Shown here: piece after piece, positions 1-14,799 of the stretch
Layout: the number at the start of each line of letters is the position of its first letter
How positions within the stretch are numbered: the first letter of the stretch is position 1
NCBI GenBank assembly: GCA_002269645.1
Contig: NIVC01000041.1
Span: 558,001-622,000 of the forward strand
Length of the DNA stretch: 64,000 nt
Reading direction: 5' to 3'
DNA from: Macrostomum lignano
Lineage: Eukaryota
Translations under genes and position numbers: made by a program
The notes under the pieces: generated by a model
The model's database searches: none
Seen by the model: the letters and a program-made list of their open reading frames with translations, nothing else
Told to the model about the DNA's origin: nothing

Positions 1-270
1 CTGCTGCCCTCCCTCCCATCCTTCAGTGCCCGCTGCTGCCCTCCCTCCCATCCTTCAGTGCCCGCTGCTGCCCTCCCTCCCATCCTTCAGTCCCTCTGCT
101 GCCCTCCCTCCCATCCTTCAGTTCCTCTGCTGCCCTCCCTCCGATCCTTCAGTTCCTCTGCTGCCCTCCCTCCCATCCTTCAGTTCCTCTGCTGCCCTCC
201 CTCCGATCCTTCAGTGCCCGCTGCTGCCCTCCCTCCGATCCTTCAGTTCCTCTGCTGCTGCTGCCCTCCC
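1..270. repeat. 32-bp minisatellite (CTGCTGCCCTCCCTCCCATCCTTCAGTGCCCG), probably continuing beyond the window start
   Basis: Unit recurs at 1 and 33 and continues with variants; it generates the low-complexity ORFs 26..304 and 58..282. Confidence 0.9.
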
Positions 271-614
271 TCTGAAAAATAAGATTCTTTTCAATCCCAG
301 TTAAATTTTCTTTTTCCATAAAAAACAGCCCATGCTTCTCGGTCCCACAAAATCTGTTTATAACACGCCATTGTGTGAGCGCTTTGAAATTTGAGCTGAA
401 TAAATCTCCTATCCTTTTTACAACCTGCCTGTCTTGATAATCCGTCTGCGCTCTGAATTTTCACTTTCCACAAAAAACACAAAATGCCGCCCTTTGGGTG
501 TCTCAAATTCTTCGAAATCTTTGAAGTTAGATTGACAGATAGACACTCGTGCGGACAGACCAGGTGAGATAAAGTATAATATATATATTTATATAAGTAT
601 ATCCAGAAAGAATG

Positions 615-1527
<913 letters not shown>

Positions 1528-3004
1528 CTAATTTAAACTTGATAGCATTAGTTCAGTGCCGGTTCAGTTTTCAGTGAGAGCATTGGTTGGTAGCTAATTG
1601 TCTCTCGCCCAGCAGGATTTGTTTGCCAGCTTCCAATTTATTTTTCTGGGGCCCTAATTTTCTTTGTTGCTGGCCTCTTTAATTCCTGTGCACTCGCCTG
1701 CGGTTCGTCGCTCGTCACTCCTATGGCCTGGGCTCTTATCCGACACTTCCCAATTACTCTATTTTTCCTCATCTCTTCCTCCATGTCTGTGTCAGATTGG
1801 TGACCAACTCTTCTCCATCCTCTCCCCTCTTATGCTTTTTTGCTTCTCCCTCTGTCTGTGCTTCCTCTTTTTCATTGCCACCGCCGTCTTCTCTTCCCAG
1901 TTCCCTAATCCCTCGTTCCTTCACCGACCGACCGACACCCCCGTACTGGCTGCTTTCCGCTTTTGCTCTTCCACCTCTGCCCCCCCCCCCCCCGGCCCGC
2001 CCCCAATAGAGCATCTCCCTCTCCTACTCTCTTTAACTAGGAAATAGGGGAGAGTAAGGATTGGCCTGACCGATAGAAACACTATGAAAACCGAGTCTGA
2101 GGAGTGTTTAGTTGATGGAGAGAAGCTTTGCCCGGGACTACCTCTCCCCATCCGCAGCCCCCCCCCCTACCCAACCCCACCCCGGCATGATTGCTTTCTG
2201 CTTTCTATACTCCGTCTTCTTCTTGCTTCCCCCCTCCTTTTCCCCGGACTGAGCCGCTTAGGATGGAGGTGAAGGGGCAGATGATAGGGATTTGTGGCGG
2301 CTTGACTGGGGCCATTAAGAGGCAACCGTTGGCTAAAAAAACTTGCGAGCGAAGCAGAGAGAGAGAGGGTGAGAGCGAGTTGAGGTTAGGGTTGGATGTG
2401 AGGAGGAGATCTTTTCTCCTCCCGAGCCCGTGTTCCTCGCCTCCCTCTGGCTGGCCAAGCATCTCCCTGTCTGGGGCTTCACCCATAGTATTATTGATCG
2501 GTGCTATGATTTCTTTCTATTCTCTTTCTCTCCTCACTGGAGCGCCCCACTTTTCTGGCTCTCTATCCCTCCGCGGCGCCGAGAGAGGGGTGGACAGGGG
2601 TGGCATTGGGAGATCGCAAATTCCCTTATTATGCTGCTTATTTTATTCAGAATGGTTCCGGCGCTTGGCAGAGAGACGGGGGTGCGGGAGGGGAGGCGAG
2701 GGTCGCGGCGTCGCTCCACTGGTTGGGCTCACTCTGGCAGCAGACACTCGCACCGTTTCGATAGTTGGGTTGGGGAGGGGGGGTGATTGGTGTGGCTGTG
2801 CTGGTTAGCCATGCATTATCCCCATGCGTGCGTGTTTCTTCCCTGCCCTTCTCACTCACTCTCAACTAAGCCCATTTTGCCGCCAGCCAACCTCTCAAAT
2901 AACTCGATAGTTACTTATTAGTGGCCTGCCGCATTCGGTCTCCAGTGTTGACTGACAGACTGACAGGCTGGCACTAAGATAGTGACATAAGACACCAAGA
3001 CAGA

Positions 3005-3290
<286 letters not shown>

Positions 3291-3769
3291 GACTACAGAC
3301 TGACTGATTGATAGGCAGACACTAGGGCAGACTGTCATACGGGTACTCACTCCCAGCGGATCCATAAAATGGGGTGTTTGAAAAATCGATTTTTTAAACT
3401 ACTTTCGATTTCTCACGTTTTCTCTTGGAAAGCAAAATTTCTACTTTTATTTTTAATGATTTTCACTTTTCAGTATTCTTGCACTAGAACAGTTTTTGAG
3501 TAGCAAACTGGGCTTTGAAATCCTCTCTCCAAGGCTAAACAAAATATTTTAAGTAAAATCAATTTCATCAAGTCTCTGTTCTGAAACTGTTTGTTTAGGC
3601 TATAATTACAAGGCGTTTTGTGGCCGCCTCGCGGCTGACTCTTTACAACCTTTTTAGCTAGCCACTCGGAGATCAGGTTAATAGTGTGTAAAAATGTGTA
3701 AAAAACCGGCAATTCGACAGACCAAGAACTAGGTTTCACATTAGAATTCCTATAAGTTGGTGATGCTTG

Positions 3770-4375
3770 AGTAGATTAGCAATCCATACTATTCATTATA
3801 GTGTTTTGACTAGATTAGCAATCCATACTATTCCTTATGGTGTTTTGACTAGATTAGCAATCCATACTATTCCTTATAGTGTTTTGACTAGATTAGCAAT
3901 CCATACTATTCATTATAGTGTTTTGACTAGATTAGCAATCCATACTATTCCTTATAGTGTTTTGACTAGAGTAGCAATCCATACTATTCCTTATAGTGTT
4001 TTGACTAGATTAGCAATCCATACTATTCCTTATAGTGTTTTGACTAGATTAGCAATCCATGCTATGCCTCATAAGTGTTTTGACTAGATTAGCAATCCAT
4101 ACTATTCCTTATGGTGTTTTGACTAGATTAGCAATCCATACTATTCATTATAGTGTTTTGACTAGATTAGCAATCCATACTATTCCTTATGGTGTTTTGA
4201 CTAGATTAGCAATCCATACTATTCCTTATGGTTTTTTGACTAGATTAGCAATCCATACTATTCCTTATAGTGTTTTGACTAGATTAGAAATCCATTCTAT
4301 TCCTCATAAGTGTTTTGACTAGATTAGCAATCCATTCTATGCCTCATAAGTGTTTTGAATAGATTAGCAATCCAT
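3770..4375. repeat. 39-bp minisatellite (GACTAGATTAGCAATCCATACTATTCCTTATAGTGTTTT), ~15 copies
   Basis: TAGATTAGC recurs at 3772 and 3811 and onward at the same period. Confidence 0.95.
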
Positions 4376-4675
4376 CCTAAGTTTTATCCAGTCAGCCTGG
4401 CCTTTTCCAAGTGCAGCAGTCTTATTGGCGCACACAATGGTCGTCACCAACATAAGGCTAAAAAGCTCCTGTCAGTTGCAAATTTCAAGTCCTTTTTTAT
4501 TAGTGTCTGTATGATGAAGCATATATTTAAAGCCTAATTTTGTTTTAATTTACTGATTTGAGCCCCCGCAGGCGCATTCGTTGCGCCATTAATAAGGAGA
4601 TATTTTTTCTGCATCCTGTAGTCTGCAACATCTTCTTAAATTGAAAGAAGATTTGTTTCAACAGCGACAGCAGAC

Positions 4676-7600
4676 ATGGATAATGGCGGACCGCTATCAA
4701 ACGGGCCAATGTCCAATGGTCCGCTGTCAAACGGTCCCCTGTCCAACATGTCCGCCCAGCACTCGGACAGCGGATCCAGTCGGTCGACTGTTGGCAAACT
4801 TGAAGACTGGCAGTTGCCAAGCGTGCTGTATTTTCTAGTTTATCATAAGCGCAGATTTCGATTCGCCAAGGTCAGACTGACGGATCTGGAACGGGTGCTG
4901 GACAGCGCCGATACCAGTGCCGTTCGCGACATCCTGGCTAGAATGCTTCGCGTAATGCGCAGCGGCGATCCCAACGTTACCATGGCCAATGCGGAGCGCC
5001 AGCTGGCTCTGTACTTCCAGGAGAAGCGGCCGCATATTGCCAAACTGTTGGGCGCTAATAAGCTGGACGATCTCAGCTTTGAGTCTAAGGCTCGGCTGCT
5101 TAAGAAGGTAATTAGCGCGTTTGAAATGTGGCTTGTTTGACTTTCTACTGGTAGTTTGGTGGATTTATTAATATATTAACCGATTGATAAATTGATAGAT
5201 TGGTAGAGTGATAGATTGATAGATTAGTAGATAGATTGGTAGATTGATAGATTAGTAGATTAGTAGATAGATTGGTAGATTGATAGATTAGTAGATAGAT
5301 TGGTAGATTGATAGATTAGTAGATCGATTGGTAGATTGATAGATTAGTAGATCGATAGATTGGTAGATTGACAGATTGGTAGATTATTAGGTTGATAGGT
5401 TGATAGATGGAAAGATTGGTAGATTGGTAGATTGATAGATTCGTAGATCGATAGATTAGTAGATCGATAGATTGGTAGATTGACAGATTGGTAGATTAGT
5501 AGGTTGATAGGTTGATCGATGGAAAGATGGGTAGATTGATAGATTGGTAAAATAATAGATTGGGAGATTGATAGAATAATAAATCGGTAGATTGACAGGT
5601 TGGTAGATTGGTAGATTGATAGATAGATAAATTGATAGATTGGCAGACAAAAAAGTTTTTTGAGTGTCTTTCAAATTGACCAACTAATTAGCCTGTTGGG
5701 CTCTCAACTCTTCCAATTCGCTAAGCCAATTCAATTCAATTCAATTCAATTCAATTCAATGCTCCAGGTGATCGACTACCTAAACGATGACGTCATCCCA
5801 GGCTGGGAGATGCAGGACATGAAGTACGAGCCGCAACAGTCGGCCCAGGACGACACCGGCCAGGTTGCCATCAACTGCGGCATCGACTCGCGCAATCGGC
5901 GACATTTCTACCTGGACGATCACCGACTGTACAGGCAGCGGCTTGGCGAAAGCGGCGCCGGCGGTGTCGGCAGTAGCGGCGTTGGAGGAGGCGGCATCGG
6001 CAGCGTCGGAAACGGCGGCGGAGGCTCCAGCAACGGCAGCTCCGCCGGCGGCCAGTCGTCGAATTCGTCGCACCAGGTGTACGAGATCGTGGTCGGTCCG
6101 TGCGCCGAGGAGTGGGAGCGGTTCACCGCCCGCATGACGGCGTCGAAGAACGAGAACGAGCGGGACATGGGCGTGTTCCTGCAGTCCTGCCTGCTCGAGC
6201 TGGTCATCGACGAGATGAAGCAGGGCTGCCATCTGCATGGCAACGAAGAGCTGCATCCGGTTCGGTTGATTCGAATGGAGCGCCTGCACTGCAGGGAGCT
6301 GCGATTGGCTAGGAAGGAGCCTGTACCGGCCGATGAAGAAGAGGAAGCTGGACGAGCAACTCCGCCGATTCAGCAGCCTGGTAGCGGAGGCTGCGGCTCG
6401 AATCCTGGCTCGAATTGCAGCGCATCTGCTGCTGCTGCTGCTGCTTCTGCGCCAACTCAGCAACAGCAGCAGTTCCCGGTGAATACCGCTGCAGCTCCTA
6501 TTGAGACCAGCCCGGCCGGCTATCGACAGGTGGCCTCGCGAGATCCCAGGGTGAGGATTTGTACCCTTTCTAATGGGCAGCATTGTTGTTACTTTATTGG
6601 GAGAATGGGATTGCGTCATCTTCTAGGCTGAGATTTCCTGATCTCATGGGCTGAGATTTCCTGATCTCATGGGCTGAGGTTTCCTGATCTCATGGGCTGC
6701 GATTTCCTGATCTCATTGGCTGAGGTTTCCTGATCTCACGGGCTGAGATTTCCTGATCTCATGGGCTGAGATTTCGTCATCTCATGGGCTGAGACTTCTT
6801 GAATCCTGATCTCATGGGCTGAGATTTCCTGATCTCACGGGCTGAGATTTCCTGATCTCATGGGCTGAGATTTCGTCATCTCATGGGCTGAGACTTCCTG
6901 AATCCTTATCTCATGGGCTGAGATTTCCTGATCTCATGGGCTGAGATTTCCTGATCTCGCGGGCTGAGATTTCCTGATCTCATGGGCTGAGATTTCGTCA
7001 TCTCATGGGCTGAGACTTCCTGAATCCTGATCTCATGGGCTGAGATTTCCTGATCTCATGGGCTGAGATTTTCTGATCTCATGGGTTGAAATTACCGGTT
7101 TTCATAATAAGAAATTTTCTACTTGTATGGGTTGAGATTTCGTAGCCTCGCGTGGCCAGAGATTTTTTTTCACCTAATAATTGCCTATTTTTAATATTTT
7201 CGTCCCAGTGTTTCTTGCTTTGTATTATCCAATTCTTTTAATAATATCGTAAGACTCTACTGTCAGTAATAGATAAATTTACTTTCGCAAACAGTTTCCT
7301 TTCATTACGAATTTCTTTCAGCAGCAGCAGCAGATTACGCAGCCTCCGTATGCACCGCAAACAGCAACTGACTTTGTTGCACCAGCTGACCGCCAGCAGA
7401 TGCAGCTGCCGCAGCAGCAGCAGTTTGTTGCTAATTCTCCTGCTTCCGGTTATTGCCCGCCCGAGTCTATGGTATGGCTGCTATTCTAATAATTCCAGCC
7501 ACCCGCTGTTCTAATCATTCCTGTCTCCTTTTATTCTCCACTCCATGGGAATCTATTTTGATTACCCCCTCCATGAGGATTTCCCTTCATAAAGATTCCC

Positions 7601-10600
7601 CTTGATTCTCCCCTCCATGAGGATTCCCCTTCATAAAGATTCCCCTTGATTCTCCCCTCCATGAGGATTCCCCTTCATAAAGATTCCCCTTGATTCTCCC
7701 CTCCATGAGGATTCCCCTTCATAAAGATTCCCCTTGATTCTCCCCTCCATGAGGATTCCCCTTCATAAAGATTCCCCTTGATTCTCCCCTCCATGAGGAT
7801 TCCCCTCCATGAAGATTCCCCTTGATTCTCCCCTCCATGAAGATTCCCCTTGATTCTCCCCTCCATGAGGATTCCCCTTGATTCTCCCCTCCATGAAGAT
7901 TCCCCTTGATTCTCCCCTCCATGAGGATTCCCCTTGATTCTCCCCTCCATGAGGATTCCCCTTGATTCTCCCCTCCATGAGGATTCCCCTTGATTCTCCC
8001 CTCCATGAGGATTCCCCTTGATTCTCCCCTCCATGAGGATTCCCCTTGATTCTCCCCTCCATGAGGATTCCCCTTGATTCTCCCCTCCATGAGGATTCCC
8101 CTTGATTCTCCCCTCCATGAAGATTCCCCATTGGTTCTCCTCCATGAGGCTTGATTCTCCCCTCAACGAGGATTCCCCTTTAATGCTTCCCTCCCTATAT
8201 TCCCTCTATGTTTTCCGTCTTCAGCCCTTCTTTCTGAGAAAAGACACTAAAAATCTTCATAAAAATCCTTGCTTAGCTACTCACATAGTAATGCGCGCCT
8301 GTAGCCGCCGAACTAGCACGAGTCGCACGACTTTCAACAATTTCAGCACTACCTGTCAGCTTCTCCGCCCTGGCAGCAGCAGCCGCAGCAGCCAGCAGTG
8401 CCGCCCCAGGCATCCAGGTCCCAGCCTCAGCAATACCCAATACCCAACGGCGGGCCCTGCCCAGCCTACTACTCCGCCAGTCACTATCAGTATCCAGCCA
8501 GGCAGCCGCCGCCGGTTCGCGTATTCGCCAGCCAGATGGCCAACGAGTGCAGCAGGCAGTGCGCGGCTAGCGGCCACTCAATGCGACCGGACCAGTGGCA
8601 TCAGGCTTGGCTAGATAGGCAACAGTTGTCATGGATACAGGATCAGCGGGCTCAGCCTTCGGCTCTTCATCATCATCATCCTCAGCAACAGCAGCAGCAG
8701 CCGCCTCCGCCTCCATCATCGACAGCTGGCGGCATCACGGCTGAGCAGCAGCGCAAACGGGAGGAGAAAATCCAGCGAATAATGCAGATTGGCCAGTCGG
8801 CCGGCCTGGCACCGCAGCAGATGCAGCCGCCTCCACCGCCGCCTTCTCAGCTGCATTCGCATCCTCCTGACAATGTCAGCTTTCCTCAGTATCACCATCA
8901 GTATCCGCATGCTGTGATGATGAATCATGCTCGTCTGCCTCCGCAGCAGCAGCCGCCTCCGGTGCCTCCGCCGCCTACAGCAGCGATTGCTCAGCCAGCC
9001 GCAGGCGGCAAGCGTCAGCATCCCTATGCTCAGCCTACAACCTTGAACACTGCAGCTACTACTTCTAGTAGCACGCCAACCCCTGCCGCCGCTCCTAAGC
9101 CGGCTTCTGGAGCCAGCAAGAGACGAAAGAAAGATCAACAGCAGAAGCAGCAACAGCAGCAGCAACAACAAGATGTGAAGCCGCCGTCAGGCCTGGCACT
9201 GGAGCAGTCAGTCGCATCAATCGTGACAAGCAGCTCCAGCAGCTCTGCATCTACCAACATCACCAGCGCCAGCTTGGCCAGTTTAGCCAAGCTGAGCAAG
9301 GATGTGCCAGTAATGGGCGTGCCATTCCAGTCTATTGGTATGACTAATAATAATCATCTTCATCAAAATCATCAATATAGTCCTCAGCAGCAGTCTCAGC
9401 CTCAGCATCAGCCTTCGCCACAAAATCAACAGCAACAACAGCCACAACAACCAATGGTTGTTAACAATACGTTTGTCAATGCCCAGTTAAACGTTCAACA
9501 ATTGAATTATCAATCTGTTAACGGAGTTGGAGCGCAAGCGCACATGCAGGTTGGTTACGCTTTGGGCTGATTTATTGGCTTTATAAGTGTCAGATCATTG
9601 CAGGGAATATCTTAGAAGAGTGTACTTTCCCTTACTAGGATGCATGCAAGGAGGGTCCGGGTTATAAAATCCATCTTGTTGTACTTAAATAGTCAATTGA
9701 AAGTTCACTTTAGAAGAAACTATCGCCTTTGAGAGTAGCCTTTTAGATTCTTGGATAATCGCCTTTAAGAATCGGCCTTTAGATTCTTAGATAATCGACT
9801 TTGAGAATCTCCCTTCTTTTAGATAATCGCCTTTGAGAGTTGCCTTTTAGATTCTTAGATAATCGCCTTTGAGAATCTCCCCTTTAGATTCTTAGATAAT
9901 CGCCTTTGAGAATCGGCCTTTAGATTCTTAGATAATCGCCTTTGAGAATCGGCCTTTAGATTCTTAGATAATCGCCTTTGAGAATCTCCCTTCTTTTAGA
10001 TAATCGCCTTTGAGAGTTGCCTTTTAGATTATTAAATAATCGCCTTTAAGAATCGGCCTTTAGATTCTTAGATAATCGACTTTGAGAATCTCCCTTCTTT
10101 TAGATAATCGCCTTTGAGAGTTGCCTTTTAGATTCTTAGATAATCGCCTTTAAGAATCGGCCTTTAGATTCTTAGATAATCGCCTTTGAGAATCGGCCTT
10201 TAGATTCTTAGATAATCGCCTTTAAGAATCGGCCTTTAGATTCTTAGATAATCGCCTTTGAGAATCTCCCTTCTTTTAGATAATCGCCTTTGAGAGTTGC
10301 CTTTTAGATTCTTAGATAATCGCCTTTGAGAATCGGCCTTTAGATTCTTAGATAATCGCCTTTGAGAATCTCCCCTTTAGATTCTTAGATAATCGCCTTT
10401 GAGAATCTCCCTTTAGACTCCTAGATAATCGCCGTTGAGAAGCGCGGGTAATCTCATTGATCTCAATTTTCCTTTGCACCCTGCCGCAGGTGCAGCAGGC
10501 AATGTCCTATCCAACAGTTCCGATGAGCAACCAGCCGCAGCAGCAGGAGCCGCCGCAGCAGCAGCAGCCTCAGACCAGCGCAGGTGTGCAAATCTCAGCT

Positions 10601-11116
10601 AAAAGCGCCAATACAATTCAGTACAGACCCAGCGGTAACCAGCAGACTCCGCAGCAGCAGCAGCAACAACAGCAGCAAAAGCAGCAACAGCAGCAGCCAG
10701 GTGTTGCTGCAGCCTCAGTAGCAGCCGCAGCGGCCGCATCGGCAGCAGCAGCAGCTTCATCAACCGCAAAATCTGCTCAACAGCAGCAGAAACAGCAGCC
10801 TCAGCATCCGCAACAGCAAGTGCTGCATCAGTACACCGAGTACACGGGTCAGTATCTGGAATCTGGCTACCCCAACCAGCCGCATCACGTGATGATGCAG
10901 CAGCACCAGTATCATCATCATCAGCATCAGCAGCAGCACTTGGCGCCAGATTCTTCTTATAGCCATCAATACCAGAGACAGATGTACTCAACCTCCTACG
11001 CCTCTGGTGGCTATCAGCAGCAGTTCTACCAGCCTCATCAGCAGCATCATCAGATGGCGATGCAGCAGAATTATTCTCAACAGGCTGGGCCGCCGCAAAC
11101 GCCTCAATATTTTTGA
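4676..11116 (+). CDS. DDT/WHIM-WSD domain chromatin-remodelling accessory protein (RSF1/CECR2-like N-terminus) with a long Q/P-rich C-terminus; join(4676..5107,5768..6550,7322..7471,8347..9549,10490..11116), ~1064 aa
   Basis: All four introns are GT-AG phase 0 and the joined frame is open. WQLPSVLYFL...LTDLERVL resembles the DDT-like W-E/Q-x-P start of CECR2/RSF1-type proteins; GIDSRNRRHFYLDDHRLYRQ resembles WHIM2; YEIV...EEWERFTARMTASKNENERD resembles WHIM3/WSD. No bromodomain or PHD seen. Confidence 0.75.
5180..5645. repeat. Degenerate GATAGATTGGTAGATT array in intron 1 of the DDT/WHIM gene
   Basis: Visible between donor 5108 and acceptor 5767. Confidence 0.9.
6625..7085. repeat. 23-bp minisatellite (GGGCTGAGATTTCCTGATCTCAT) in intron 2
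   Basis: CTGAGATTTC at 6628 and 6651; variant units recur periodically. Confidence 0.95.
7555..8180. repeat. 28/44-bp minisatellite (CCCTCCATGAGGATTCCCCTTGATTCTC) in intron 3
   Basis: Visible between donor 7472 and acceptor 8346. Confidence 0.95.
9730..10440. repeat. ~36-bp minisatellite (GATAATCGCCTTTGAGAATCGGCCTTTAGATTCTTA) in intron 4
   Basis: CGCC at 9901 and 9937; lies between donor 9550 and acceptor 10489. Confidence 0.95.
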
Positions 11117-11526
11117 GATTCTCGACTATTAGATCGGCTTTTTTAAATCTGCGCTTTATTTACATACTACTGGCGTGTACAAATTTGTGAGTAGTATGTA
11201 TTATACAAAAGCTATAATGCATATTTTTTCTTCCTATTACAAGTATTTGTTTGGCCTTTCTTGTATTCATATAAAGATTGTGCTCAGAAACTGATTCACG
11301 ACAATGTTCGCTGCCGCTTCCCTCCCTTCTGTTTGGCCAGATGGACAGGCCAGACCTGTCCTTCGTTTATCCGTCTGTGGAATTTTTATTCTGCGTATTT
11401 TTTTTAACTAGCTGCAATTTTTATGAAAATTTGGCTTGCAGCTTCTTATGTATAGTAGCTATTGGTGGGGATGCCATGGATCTCTTGGGCTCCGCTGGTG
11501 ATCCTGATGACCTTCTTGCTGCCATT

Positions 11527-11882
<356 letters not shown>

Positions 11883-12633
11883 CATGTTCTCCACCCCTCC
11901 ATCCGTCCTCCAGCACCGCTCAGTACTCAAGCCCCCAATTCGATCTCAAGCCAGAAGCCGCGCCGTTCTTCTGTCTGCCGCCTCCTCCCTCTGTTTTTAG
12001 CACTTTTGGTGTTTTATCATTTTTCTGCTTTAACTTGCTGCTGTCGACTTTGCTTTTTACTCGAAAATATTAAAAGTGCTCACCATATGCTACTGTTAGT
12101 AAGATAGCGTCATTTTAAACATCAATTTCCCCCCTACCAGTGTAAAATAACTTGTCTCTCTGCAAACATTTCAAGTTCTCGCGATTTCGTATTAAAACTT
12201 TACAAACGGTATTTATTTAATCGAAATATCATTGTTCAACTGTAATCTAGTATGGATTGAGTTGATAGACTAAAGTTTATTTTGACAAGTTTGTGTCAGG
12301 CTCCCCAACCCTGATGTCCTCCTGTGTCTGTCTTTTCTAAATTATACAGATTTATTAAAGATGGATTATGCACTGCATCTGTACTGTTATCTAGCTTTTA
12401 TATAATATTTAATGTGTACTAATATCAGCGCATGCTAATCTTGAAGACAATGCGCCCTGCTTTCTGCTTCTTGGATATTTCAATTACTGGTATAGGTGAA
12501 CATGCTGCGTCATCGTGTACTTTGCAAACTCATTTTTTATAAATTATAACTCTGCATTTTCTAATGAAAAACGTTACACCAATTCAATTTGAATTAGGCG
12601 TGTTATGGATTTGGTTATTTTCTTTTTAAAGCT

Positions 12634-14620
12634 GTAAGTCGTGTCTTCTCTCTCCCTGCACCCACTGTCCTCTCCCTGCACCCACTGTCCTCTCCCTGCA
12701 CCCACTGTCCTCTCTCCCTGCACCCACTGTCCTCTCCCTGCACCCACTGTCCTCTCACCCTGCACCCACTGTCCTCTCCCTGCACCCACTGTCCTCTCCC
12801 TGCACCCACTGTCCTCTCCCTGCACCCACTGTCCTCTCCCTGCACCCACTGTCCTCTCCCTGCACCCACTGTCCTCTCCCTGCACCCACTGTCCTCTCCC
12901 TGCACCCACTGTCCTCTCTCCCTGCACCCACTGTCCTCTCCCTGCACCCACTGTCTTCTCCCTGCACCCACTATCCTCTCCCTGCACCCACTGTCCTCTC
13001 TCCCTGCACCCACTGTCCTCTCCCTGCACCCACTGTCCTCTCCCTGCACCCACTGTCCTCTCCCTGCACCCACTGTTCTCTCCCTGCACCCACTGTCCTC
13101 TCCCTGCACCCACTGTCCTCTCCCTGCACCCACTGTCCTCTCCCTGCACCCACTGTCCTCTCCCTGCACCCACTGTCCTCTCCCTGCACCCACTGTCCTC
13201 TCCCTGCACCCACTGTCTTCTCTCCCTGCACCCACTGTCCTCTCTCCCTGCACCCACTGTCCTCTCCCTGCACCCACTGTCCTCTCTCCCTGCACCCACT
13301 GTCCTCTCCCTGCACCCACTGTCTTCTCCCTGCACACACTATCCTCTCCCTGCACCCACTGTCCTCTCTCCCTGCACCCACTGTCCTCTCCCTGCACCCA
13401 CTGTCCTCTCCCTGCACCCACTGTCCTCTCCCTGCACCCACTGTTCTCTCCCTGCACCCACTGACCTCTCCCTGCACCCACTGTCCTCTCCCTGCACCCA
13501 CTGTCCTCTCCCTGCACCCACTGTCCTCTCCCTGCACCCACTGTCCTCTCCCTGCACCCACTGTCTTCTCTCCCTGCACCCACTGTCTTCTCTCTCTGCA
13601 CCCACTGTCCTCTCCCTGCACCCACTGTCCTCTCCCTGCACCCACTGTCTTCTCTCCCTGCACCCACTGTCTTCTCTCCCTGCACCCACTGTCCTCTCCC
13701 TGCACCCACTGTCTTCTCTCCCTGCACCCACTGTCCTCTCCCTGCACCCACTGTCCTCTCCCTGCACCCACTGTCCTCTCCCTGCACCCACTGTCCTCTC
13801 CCTGCACCCACTGTCCTCTCCCTGCACCCACTGTCCTCTCCCTGCACCCACTGTCCTCTCCCTGCACCCACTGTCCTCTCCCTGCACCCACTGTCTTCTC
13901 TCCCTGCACCCACTGTCTTCTCTCCCTGCACCCACTGTCCTCTCCCTGCACCCACTGTCCTCTCCCTGCACCCACTGTCTTCTCTCCCTGCACCCACTGT
14001 CTTCTCTCCCTGCACCCACTATCCTCTCCCTGCACCCACTGTCCTCTCTCCCTGCACCCACTGTCCTCTCCCTGCACCCACTGTCCTCTCCCTGCACCCA
14101 CTGTCCTCTCCCTGCACCCACTGTTCTCTCCCTGCACCCACTGTCCTCTCCCTGCACCCACTGTCCTCTCCCTGCACCCACTGTCCTCTCCCTGCACCCA
14201 CTGTCTTCTCTCCCTGCACCCACTGTCCTCTCTCCCTGCACCCACTGTCCTCTCCCTGCACCCACTGTCATCTCCCTGCACCTCCTATACTGCAACAGGT
14301 TTGGAACAGTAAAAACGAGACTGCATAAGAAATGCTACATTGATCTAAAGTACACACAGAACTTCAACATGCAACATCAATAAGCGCATACCAAGTACTC
14401 CCGCATTCTTCATGCGGTCATCAACTTTCTTGTGTAAGCATAAAAGTTGCTAATTTTTCACAGAGATGCTCAGAGAGCAATAAAACATCAATAGAATATG
14501 CCGCACATTGGGCTTCAATTGATGACAGAAAAGCTTTTGTTTTCGATGCACGCACTGACACACCTTGCTAAGGTAAGGTTGGGTGCAATATTTCCAACCG
14601 GTAATGTGCAAGTGTCACAG
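12634..14620 (+). other. Putative spliced transcript with no clear coding frame: introns 12634..14298, 14434..14463 (30 nt) and 14573..14620 (48 nt)
   Basis: Donors GTAAGT, GTAAGC and GTAAGG; acceptors CAACAG, TTTTTCACAG (with GCTAAT branch-like site) and GTCACAG. Exon 14299..14433 has stops in all three frames. Confidence 0.4.
12645..14285. repeat. 20/22-bp minisatellite (CCCTGCACCCACTGTCCTCT), ~1.6 kb
   Basis: Directly visible; bracketed by GCT|GTAAGT (12634) and CAACAG| (14298). Confidence 0.97.
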
Positions 14621-14799
14621 GTCACTTCGTTAGCCTACTGCTCTGTAACTCGGCTATGTTATTTCAAATGCTCCTGTATTTTTGTTTGAAAGTAGTTCGA
14701 TTGGTGCAATCTCCATGCACCTCCATTGTGAAAGGAAGATTTGGAATGCATGATATAATGGAGCTTTATACTGCAATTCCCTGCAATAGTCGTATAATG

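Noticed and set aside
1560-2860. Pyrimidine/GC-rich ORFs (1664..2047, 2191..2808 and others)
   Set aside because: No codon bias, motif or consistent splice structure; left unassigned.
12574-14383. Long ORFs of up to 580 aa on both strands, and similar ORFs at 291..1315, 11278..12073, 14659..15636, 19298..20844, 21009..22020, 28496..30839, 36975..38016 and 42248..43424
   Set aside because: They are translations of tandem arrays or microsatellites that lack stops, and most lie within introns defined by in-frame splice joins.
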